Of a stretch of DNA of 64,000 nt, positions 53,171-64,000 are shown piece by piece. Position 1 is the first letter of the stretch. Every line of letters starts with the position of its first letter. A program made the translations under genes and the position numbers. The DNA is from Epiperipatus broadwayi (lineage: Eukaryota > Animalia > Onychophora): positions 14,384,001 to 14,448,000 of the forward strand of contig JAQFVV010000007.1 of the NCBI GenBank assembly GCA_028023455.1. Reading direction: 5' to 3'. Below the pieces are notes generated by a model. The model was not told where the DNA came from. It saw nothing but the letters and a program-made list of their open reading frames with translations, and ran no database searches.

Positions 53171-56100
53171 AAAAACTGAAAATAACTTTTACTATAGTGC
53201 TATTAAAAATAATTTTGGAGAAAAGTTTTTTAATACTTGAAAGCAATATTGTTTATTTCTAAATGAATTAATAAATATTTTATCTATAAAAATATGATTT
53301 ATATATTTTAACAAATATAATTTTGAAATTATTAAAATTAACTAATGTAATCATGTGATTTGAAAGTTTTTTAAATTATTTATATAAATTAAAATAATTT
53401 ATTTATGTATTTATTAATATATATGTGTGTGTGTGTGTGTGTTTGTGTGTGTAATTCTTGTGAAAGGAAATGAATCTTCACAAAATGCTCTATGGGATTG
53501 AAATATTAAATTTGCAAGCACTTACCTGTCAATAAGTATTTTAACCAGCCCATTTAATCAAGTGATGGTCCCACATCTGAAAAATCTAGAAATTAAATTT
53601 GCATTTTGCATCCTCTATTGAGAAATTTTACTAACATTTTTTTACAGCTTTAAAGTTCTTGCATATTTACTTGCTAATATTTTAATTTCAAAAAATTCAA
53701 AAGATGTCAGGATAATTGAATAAACAGGAATTTCAAAGTTTCTGAACTCACACATTTATGACTAGTCATTGTATATTTGGTGATCTTGAACTTTGTGAGA
53801 TTACTTTGAAAAAATATTACAATAGAATAAAAATGTGATTTTTTGGAAACTGTATAATTGTTTTGTATTGTAATTGTGTAATAATTATTAGAAATCAAAA
53901 TATATATTATTACATATTTATTTTTGACAGAAATGTTTTATTTTTAAATATAAAAGAATCTATTCTTCTGTCTAATGTTACCATAGAGATTAAGATCACA
54001 GGAAATGAACTGTCTAGATATGTCATCATTACAACAATCTGTTATAACATTTAGTGATATCATAAAAATTATGAAAAAATTTTAAACTTTTAAAGCATAA
54101 ATTGGTAGATTTATTAGATATCAAAAATAATTCATTCAGATTTTTAAAACAAACATCAAACAAAGAAGATTTCATTTATTTTGCTAATTGAATCTTCTCC
54201 ACCTGAAATTTGATGATGTGACAGCACTTTGTTTTGATTAAAATCTAATTTTTTAAATAATTCTGAAAATCAAATGTGATTTTTAAAAATTTATTTAATT
54301 TCTAAACAAAAATATCTATCAAATGAGGTCAAATCTATTATATTCTGATAAATAATAGTGGTTTAATATGAAAGTGAATGTTGAAAGCTTAAATCTAATG
54401 AGAATGATGAAATCTGTCAGAATGTTAGCATAGAAAAAGAAGGTTAAAAGCATAAATAGATCTCTTATGCTTAGACTTATTCTTATATTAACCAACATCT
54501 TTTGACCATGCTTAAATCAGGACTTGATCTTATTATGAGCTTGATACTTTAATTGACAAATTATTTGTACAAATTTAGTTTATACATGACAGAAAACAGA
54601 ATGTTTTTCATTTTTAAACACCTCCAACTTTGAATTATATTAGCCTGAACATATGTAAAATAAATAATTTAGTGATTTATTTATATATGTAAATATTGTG
54701 AAAGAAAATGAATAGCTTAAAATGTTTAACAGAGTGATTGATAGTATATGTGTCAATTCTGAAGCGTCAGAAAGCCAAAAACTTACATACAACTGATATT
54801 ATATCTAGGAGTATTATTATAGTTTATTACAAATTAATAATTCTATACCAAGAGATAAGTTTAAATTTTGACAGCAGAAGTAAAATCATTTCTAAGGCTA
54901 AGTAAGATGTGAATACAAAAAGATATGTTAAGTTAGAATAGTTAATTTAATGGGTTGAACTCTAAGAAATGGATTCAATAAATAAAAAAAATATGAAAAC
55001 TCATTATAGGTGCTTTTAGTTTTTTTTTTTCCTTTATTAAATAGTGGAAGATGGGATTAGTAAATCAAAAATATCTAAAACTAAATTATTTATTACAGAT
55101 AATATATACAGTATTCATTCACAGTGTCTGTTTATTAGATTATTCCTGACCTTAGTATATTGCACTGCGTATAAAATAAACGAAAAAGTAGTATTTCAGT
55201 GAAACACTAAAAGAAAAAAATATTACTTGTTGCAGGACAAATTAACATTTGCTGACCATTATTTGATGATTGGTTCTCTGGATTAAAACTTTTCGAGACT
55301 TTTTGTGCTCAGATTTAAACTTCCATGTAATCTTTTACTCTTGGGTTAAAAATAACCAAATATAAGTTATCTGAGATAAAATGATCCAGATTTATCTGGA
55401 TTACATTCAGATCCAGGTTATAAATATGACAGGAGAATGCATTGCCTTTGCGGCTGTTACTCTATTATTGCGGTAAACTGCACTTTCAATATATATATTT
55501 TAAAAATTGTAATATCGATATATTTTGAAAATTGTAATACCGATTATCTGCTTTACTTTAATTAGAAATGTGTATCTATATAGATTATTTACAGTGTTTT
55601 AAGTGATTAATTAAACAAAATCTTGTTTAGAAAGTGACTAATTGCTCTGAATAAACTTTTGATAAAATTAACATAATTTAGAAAATAAAATTATGATAGC
55701 TTTTTATTTTCTTATTAAAAGACGTGATTCAAATAGAATTCAAATTTTCTCTCTCATCTCATGAAAGAATATTGTAATCTGATTTAGTTTAAAATCTTTG
55801 GATGGATGACTTTGAATTATAAATTACCTAGAAAAGGTTACTCAATCTCTCCAAGACTTAAAATACTTTGCTGAGGTAAATTTTCTGCTTTGATTGTGTT
55901 TTAGCAATATGAAAAATAATTATAAAAAAAGATTTAAAAAAAATGAATATATATAAAATCATGTGATGGAAATGATTTTTAAAAAAAAAAACGAAAAAAA
56001 AAATATTTAAAATTTAAATTTAAAAATGAATGTAAAAAACAAACAGTTGTAATGATGAAAGAGAATATAAACAGTATTATTTTAAAAATAAACTTATAAC

Positions 56101-57044
56101 TTACACAAACAATTTAATTATGTTATGAATTTAAATTTAAATAACTAGGAAATTATTCTCCCACCTCAAAGTCCACATATATATTTCAAAATTTATTGTA
56201 AATTTTAACGATTGAAATAGTTAATTTTATATTCGAGTTAATTTGCTGAATCATATATGAAGATATTATTTAAAAAAGAAAACAAATAGCATTAATTGTT
56301 TAAAATAAATCTAAGTATCCATCTTATAACGTTTGTTAAGATAAGATCCAATCAGGTTTCTATAGAAAAAGAAACCGCTGTTATTGTTGTGTAATAATAA
56401 TAGTAATAGTAGTAGTAGTGTTCAAGTAGAATAATTCAACATTAAATGACCTCTCCATTATATTTTTATTTTTTAACTTCCAAGGAGAAATAAATAAAAA
56501 TGAACAGAGTTATCAATACATATCTTAGTGTGTAAACTTTTACTCAAATCACATCATCTGATACATTATCTCAATTCAATGATAAATTTATTTGTAATTT
56601 AGCTAGTTAGGTAGCATATCTTATAATCCCTATGTATGTTCTCTTTGATAATAAAATCAAATATTGGCATGCTTATGAAATTGCACACAAAGCAGAGAAT
56701 TCAAATGCATCACAATCAATCATTACTTTTAGTAATAGACAACTAATTAAAAAGTTTTCACATTAGTATTTAAAACCCTAATACCTGGATGTCCTCATTA
56801 AAATTAATATTAAGATCTTACCTTTCTTGCTACAAAAACAACACATAGTAACATTAATGCCTATTGTTCCCTATGCCTTAGAGAAGAAGAAACACTATAG
56901 TTCTTTCTTTTGACATGTCTTTCATTAAACATCTACCACAATCTTATAAGCACAATTAGTAAATCCCCAATTTCTTTTCTCATTACATTAATCAATAGTA
57001 AAATTGGAATTATATTTTATTTAGATCACAGAAAGTATATGTAA

Positions 57045-57666
57045 ATGCTTTAATACAGGATAAAACCTCTATCAAATGTGCCTTAAAATATTTATAAATA
57101 ATCAAGCAAATATTTTTTCTATAGAGGGATCTCACAAACCATGACAAAAGATAGCAACTTTTATAAAGATAAGAGTGGCTGTCTTATTTTTAACCTAAAT
57201 TTCTACTTATATAGGCCAATCTGAAGCATCCTGATTTGGGAGCATGAAGTTGTTGTTCTTTTCACTGTTTAAGTCCACTTTTTTTTAATCAATTAACCAC
57301 AAAATCTTGTGATTTACACTGAGTTAATTACAACTCTATAATAGTTTACAGATTTTCCAATATTAAGATCATAACATTAACTCACTGTAAATCACAAGAT
57401 TTCATGAAGGTTAATTGATTAAGGAAATAGTGGACTTAAATAGTGAAGAGAACAACAACTTGATGCTCCCAAATCGGGATGCTTCAGATTGGCCTATATA
57501 AGTAGAAATTTAGGTTAAAGATAAGATGGGCACTCTTATCTTTATAAAATTGCTATCTTGTATCATGGTTTGTGAGGTCTCTCTATTGGAAAAATGATAT
57601 TTGCTTGACTATTTATAAATATTTCATGGTGCATTTGATACAGGTTTTAGCCTGTCTTAAAGTATT
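57045..57666. repeat. Fold-back: ~285 bp inverted arms with ~47 bp spacer (family F, PLE pseudo-LTR-like)
   Basis: Arms 57045-57328 and 57376-57666 align along their length, including the exact TAACCTAAATTTCTACTTATATAGGCCAATCTGAAGCATCC. No TSD seen. Confidence 0.9.
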
Positions 57667-58260
57667 AATCAATAGTATAAGCAGAAATCTTTTCCTCAAT
57701 GTCAGAATCATTGTTTTTTAAACTCTGGTTTCTGCGATGTCATTTTTTGCTTTAATTCAGCATCTCAAAAAATTGCTTCTTTATTTTACAATAAATAGGA
57801 AAAGATCAACTTAAAGACCAGGCTCTTTTACCTCCTGATATTACTTTCCACAATAGTATAACTGTTATTAACCTCTAAAATTGATTTCTATTTAATGAAT
57901 TTTAACTTGCAGGATAATTTTTTACTGATACATTTACTTATATATACTAAAATATTTTAAAATAAATAGTAAAAAATTTAATATGCCTATATCAAATAAA
58001 AATAAAATCTTCACTATAGCCAGCTTACAGCATTTTACACAAATCTTGAGTTGCAATCATATATACATAAGTTAGATCATATTTACAATTTAAACAAAAA
58101 TATTACCCACAAAATAAGTACATGTTATATATTTGTACCATCTTTTGCATGTTGTACATTTTAAAAAGTAAATAATTTCTGTATTTTATATCACTTCTTT
58201 AAATTGTATGTAAAACAGTAAGCTAATGTAATAATTAATAACTGTAATCCATTTAATGTT

Positions 58261-58365
<105 letters not shown>

Positions 58366-60334
58366 TTAAACATAATAATAATAGTAGTAGCAGCAGTTGT
58401 AATAGTATTGTGAATTGTTTTGGAAATCATATGTATTTATACACATAAGATGCTGACTGAACAAAACAATTCTAATTAAAGTGATATATTGAGATTTTTT
58501 AAATTTTCATTCACAGTGTAATTTGATTCAAAAACTTTAAATTGATCTTTCAATTCTAACACTGTACTAAAATATAGTTACTGTTGAAATCAAATAAAAT
58601 TAGAGCAAATACTTGGAAGTTTGAACCCAATAGTTCTATTCTAAAAAATGAATCTAGTAGTTTATTGCTCAGAAATTCATAGGAGATTCAAGCATTATAA
58701 ATAACAGATTGGCTATCTTAAACACCAGAATCTGACACTATCACTGTATCAAACTATATAAGGCAATAAAAATGTATTCATGTGGTCCAATGGTTTAACA
58801 ACATCAAACAAATCTTCTCATACATGGCTTAAGCTCACTCTATAATTCCTATTTTTAACATTGGTTTGTCAATTTTTTATTCATTTTATAGACAAAATCA
58901 TACTGACTAATGCTGCTACCTTCAGTTTTTTTTGGAACTAATAAATTGATAATATTTAAATTCAACACTATTACAATGATGCAAGTACCTGCCATCAAAA
59001 GTTCTGATTGATAGTTTTTTGTTTTCTTTGCATGAGAGTGTGTATCAATAATTGTGAGAATTGTGTTTTTTGCTTTGATTTTGAAAATGAAAACATATTT
59101 TCTATTCTTTTTTTACATTTTTTTTCATAAAATATTTGAGAAATATTAATTATTTTAGAAGAAGAATTTAGATTCTAAAAAGAAATATTTTTTTTTACAA
59201 TAAGTCAAATTGAGAAAAAGGCCAATGATGTACAGTTGCAATTTATAATTGGATGACAAAATTTCATTTTATGTTGACCGCTATAAATTATTTTTTCAAT
59301 TATAAATAGAAATTTATTTTTAGAAAAACTTTGATTTACTTTCATCAGCTGACAAATTATTAATTTACATTTTACAAATTAACTAAACCAAATATAATGT
59401 TAAAAAATAAATATATTTTTACTGCTGATTCTGTAATTGACCATTTAAAAGTATGGAACTTTAATTCAATTTGCTAATAGGCATTTTTATGACAGTCAAT
59501 TCATCAACCTTTAAGTCTTTCTACTTTTTATAATGACACAAGACAATTAAAAACATCTGCATGCCATAATAAACCTAGAGCCTAACATTTTATAAATACT
59601 ATGAAATAAAAAATATTTTTATTTGCTTAAAATGCATACATTTTATTTTTAATGATTTGTTAGATGATTCTATTCGTTCAAGTAATCAAATGGTTTGACA
59701 CTTGAAAAGTCATAATCTATCCAATTCATGGAAATGATAGAATTGAAATATGCTCCATGGAATTTCAGCTTTTAATTCTGACATTTTATAACCATATCAA
59801 TAACAGACAAGAATCCAATTTGTCATTGTTATGATAATAAACTCAGAGCTTTCATATAAAAAATATTAATCATAAATAAGTTAAACAGAAGTAACTACCT
59901 TCTACTGAGTTATGTAGTATTCATTATTTTTGGTGTCACCTAAATTAGTACAAAGTAGTTACTTCCATTTCAATTACAGATATTTAAAAAAGTTATGATT
60001 ATGTATTATTAATTATAAAAAATACCATCCTATTTATTAAAAACAAAAATATTTATAATGTTGACTGAAAACTATTGAATACTGTCCTTATTCAGATTTA
60101 TTTTGATCTTCATATATGAGTTCTTTAAAAAAACATTGAACTAAAATTAAACAAAATGCTATTTACTTTTTGAAAAAATAATTAAGTAATAAAAATTATT
60201 TGTTTATTTTAAAAAAGGAAATGTAAATTATTAGAACTATATTCTTTTAAATTAATTAACCTGTGATGGCTACAATGTAGTTTTGTAACTTTAACATTAC
60301 AACTGGTATCTGATACCACATCTTAAAAAATATA

Positions 60335-60440
60335 ATTTTTTTTTCCATATGTCAAAGCATCGGCTGTGAAGTGAACCTGTAACAATTGTCTGCAAGCAAC
60401 TGCTTGTTTGTAAGGTGGCTGCACTGACCTCTTGGCTATA
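60335..60440 (-). mobile_element. tRNA-Gly-derived SINE, copy 3 (older)
   Basis: Minus strand TAGCCAAGAGGTCAG..CCTTACAAACA..AGGTTCACTTCACAGCCGATGCTTTGACATATGGAAAAAA. Confidence 0.7.
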
Positions 60441-60449
60441 TGTTTAAAA

Positions 60450-60930
60450 ATTTGACTTTTTATTATAAACATTATTTACAATAAGTATTAAAAATTTGGT
60501 TTAAAAAAAAAAGTCATAAAATTACAAAAATGGGGGTGAATTTACTTATGTTTAAAGGAGCTTCTAACTGTAATTATTTGATTGATTTCGTTTATGAAAA
60601 GAACAATCTATTTTTATAATAAACACATTTGATGTTTTATTATTGTAAGCATTATTTATAATAAGTATTACAACATTTGTATTACAAAGTAAGAAAACAA
60701 ATAGCCATTAATCGCAAATAATAGAGAAATAAAATTACTTTTCTTTATAACAGTCCTAAACTGGCATACATTGACTGGTTTTTTTTTTAGTAAAAGAACA
60801 ATCTATTGTTATAATAAATACATTTGATTTTTACTATTATAAGCATTATTTTAATAAGCATTAAAATATTTGTTTACAAAATTAGAAATAATAATCATTG
60901 ATTACAAAATGTAGAGAATTAAAATTACTT
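60450..60930 (+). repeat. Degenerate tandem duplication, period ~195 bp
   Basis: AAAAGAACAATCTATT..ATAATAAA(C/T)ACATTTGAT at ~60597 and ~60792, with a partial earlier unit. Confidence 0.7.
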
Positions 60931-62482
60931 ACATTTGAATTGTATCCAGTATGAGATAATACTAAACTGCAAAAATTGCTTTTGAACTTATACTATATGA
61001 GAAAAATTCAAACTAATTTAATTTTTGCAAAATGCAATCATAACTAGTAAAGTACTAAGAAGTTCACCTGTTCAAATTAAGAAACTTTATGAGATTAAAG
61101 AATTTAAAAATATCTTACAAAATTATCTACTGGTTGTAACAATTGATTGTTAAACAACCTTGTTAATAAAAAAAATACATTAAAACATGTTTTTATTCAA
61201 ATAAATGCACTAAAATGTAAAAAAATAATTTTTTTAGCTTTCATGGTATTCTTCATATTTTGTGACCAAAAATAAAAGGGCTTGACATTCATATTTAAAA
61301 TAAACTAGGAATTCGGGCATGCTTTTATTTTTGATTACACAACATCAAGAATACTGCTAAAGAAAATAATATTTTTTTAATTTTTAATGTATTTATGTAC
61401 ATTTTTCAATTTATTTATTTATTTTTACTTTTGAGTTTTACATATGGTAATTGTTGTAATTTCAGTATAGAAATTATGCTGCAAAAAATTGAATGTATAT
61501 TTATTTACTTAAGATGTACAAAATCAAACATATTAAAGAAATGGATTTATTTAAATTATATTATAAAATGGTGAACAAACTGTATACATTTTCAACAAAT
61601 AATTCAGTTTTAAAATATAAGGAGTATTTCTAGACATGAATTATGAATAGATTATAAATGTATTTATTTTTACTGATTTTTTTTGTTAAAATTGTTTACA
61701 AACTCTAAAGAGATGTATTATCATTGGAAATATATATGTATGAAAAGTTTTAAATAGTTTTGAAATTAATAAGTAGGTAAAAACCGAATTACAAGATATT
61801 ATCAAGAGAGACTAGAAAGCCAAGTAAGATAAATTAAAGCATACAAAAATAAATTCATTGAATCTGTAAACTGAAACTACATGATTTCAATTATATATTA
61901 TCAAATCAAAATGTAAACAAAAACAAAACACAAATGTAATTAAAACAAACAAAAAAATTATTAAAATTCACAAATTTAATACACTTTACTATGCTTGAGC
62001 AGTCTGCTTTTGTTTTTAAGGCCCATGTGCAATCATATTAAAAAAATATTAAAAAAGAATTGTAAACAAATTCTAAATTATGCCAACAGATGTTTTTGTA
62101 TATCAGAACACGATAAACTGTCATGTTCATTAATAAAATTTCTTTGATTTATGTTGAAAGCACATATATTTTAGTTGTATTTTTATATTGGGCTATTTCC
62201 ATCATCTAATATGAGTATTGAATGTCTTTAAAAAAATTTAACTTTATTTAAATATTCAAAATATTCAACTGTTAGTAATAGCACATCAAACAGATTAGTA
62301 TATGCACAACATTTTGAGAGGTATTATTCTCCTCTCTTCGAGAGTTGCTCTTGAGTATTGAATTTTAAGTAACACTCTAACTAACTGAGTTATCCTGCCA
62401 AAGGCAACAATCAGTAGAAATTTCATATACTTATCTATGAGGTTCCTTCTAATTTCTCCACTTTTTTTCCTAAGTACAAAGT

Positions 62483-62605
62483 TGGAATATTTAAAAAAAG
62501 TTAAATTTTTCTAAAAACATTCAATACTCATATTAGATGTTGGAAATAGTCCAATATAAAAATACAACTAAAACACCATTATCACACACCTTCAAGAAAG
62601 CACAT
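62483..62605 (+). repeat. Dispersed repeat family I, copy 2
   Basis: Aligns to 52563-52685. Confidence 0.8.
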
Positions 62606-63814
62606 ATTTTATTCTTCTTTTAATATCCTTTCTAAGTTTGATATGCAGTAGTTCACATAGTAAATTTTTTTATAAGAGTAATTGTAATAAAAGTTTTACA
62701 AAATTTTAGAACATACTTAAAGTTAATACTAATTTTAAAATATTAAAATAGTTAGAGAGATCAATTTATTGATAAAAAGACTAGTGTATTATGTTTCTAT
62801 AAGAGAAAAAGTTATTTAAAAAAAATCATCCAGAGTTTATGTGTTTGCAAGAAAAATCAGGCATTTCACTGCTGGTTTTTTTTTTTTAAATTAAAAATAT
62901 GATATTGAAAGATTTTTTCTTATTTTAATTTTTTCAATGAATGAAAAATATTTTTACAAGTGTACCATTAATTTACTATTAATAACTAATTTTAAATTGT
63001 ATGTACATACTATACATATCAAAAAGTGTTTGTATCATATATGTGTGTGTGTTGAAAAATACTGTATATTTGCAATTCAATAAACTATACATAATTTATT
63101 CTAATAAAATGTTTATCATTAAAATGTAAGTTAATTATGTACTATATACATTTCTATATGAAGGAGGCTTCAGATAAAGTAGAGTATACTTCATGTCTTT
63201 AAATTTGATAATCAATTGCCCAACATGCAGGCTGAAAGTTTTATCTCACTTGGAATTAATTTTGGAATCCCCATTTTTTGAATTGCCATTTTTTATTACT
63301 AAATTAATAGCACAAATTCAGTCAGTAATATTATTTATGTGAACAAATATAACAGGAAAGGTTTTAATAATGTAAGAGGTTCATTCTGATGTAGTTTTTA
63401 AATTGAACTTTTAGAATAAATTATATTTAGATATGGGGGTGAACAAAGGGTAGCTATTAAGATGATTATCTCCCATTGGTAAAAAAATGTAATTATTATT
63501 ATTGCATATATCAAGTTATTAGATAAGTAGTATCTCTCCATAATTTCTATCAATTGTTGCACTTTTTAGGCTTCTCAATGGCATATTTATTATGTGATAA
63601 AGTCCAGCAACACTCCTGCTAGCCATTTCCTTTTTCTTTCATGGTGAATCTTTTGATAATAATAAAAGAAAATAAGTTTAATTCTATTTTATGTTTCAAA
63701 AATGCTTTCATGATTTTTATATCTAAAGACCACATGAATATATTTCTTATATTTAAAACACTAAACCTCACATGATTACCATTTTCTATGCTTGCACAAG
63801 CTGTTAAAATAGTA

Positions 63815-64000
63815 TATGATGTGATGTGATGTGATGCATCATGACTTCTCCTTATATGGAGTCAGGAATCTCTCAGCAACTATGCCCAGAGAAATCTGTT
63901 ACCCACTTTACATTTCCTTCCCATTCCCCACCCTAAGTTTTCCCATAATCTGCTCCATCCCATTTCCACAACATAATCTTTATCAACTCCATGGCCTTCA
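63815..64000 (-). mobile_element. Family H copy 2
   Basis: Reverse complement aligns to 26440-26590 and ends in (CATCA)n (GATGT repeats at ~63818-63836 on +). Confidence 0.7.

Noticed and set aside
53526-53576. 51 nt minus-strand segment with a good acceptor (TTTTTCAG) and donor (GTAAGT)
   Set aside because: Stops in all three frames; could be a UTR or lncRNA exon but cannot be supported without transcripts.

Overview
Very AT-rich, CpG-poor eukaryotic (animal, probably invertebrate) genomic DNA that reads as intergenic or a very large intron. I cannot support any intact host protein-coding gene. The long ORFs in the track are decayed retroelement fragments, microsatellite translations or chance ORFs. 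The window is a transposon graveyard. (1) An APE-type LINE reverse transcriptase at ~500-5500 is split by a ~3 kb insert that contains a probable non-autonomous piggyBac-like element. (2) There are RTE-like and L1/Tx1-like LINE remnants. (3) At least five Penelope-like (PLE) repeat families occur as GIY-YIG remnants, tandem 330-490 bp units and long inverted pairs. (4) A short tRNA-Gly-derived SINE and several microsatellites are present. The most interesting signal is a minimal type I hammerhead-ribozyme motif with a palindromic stem III (CTGATGA-A-GGC/CACAA/GCC-A-GAAAYTAGTC). It occurs four times in one repeat family, including a ~442 bp tandem pair, an architecture like PLE pseudo-LTRs or non-LTR retrozymes. 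Two other families carry more decayed hammerhead-like cores, and one copy has a perfect 49 bp terminal redundancy. All alignments were done by eye, so coordinates of decayed elements are approximate and clade assignments come from motif memory, not searches.
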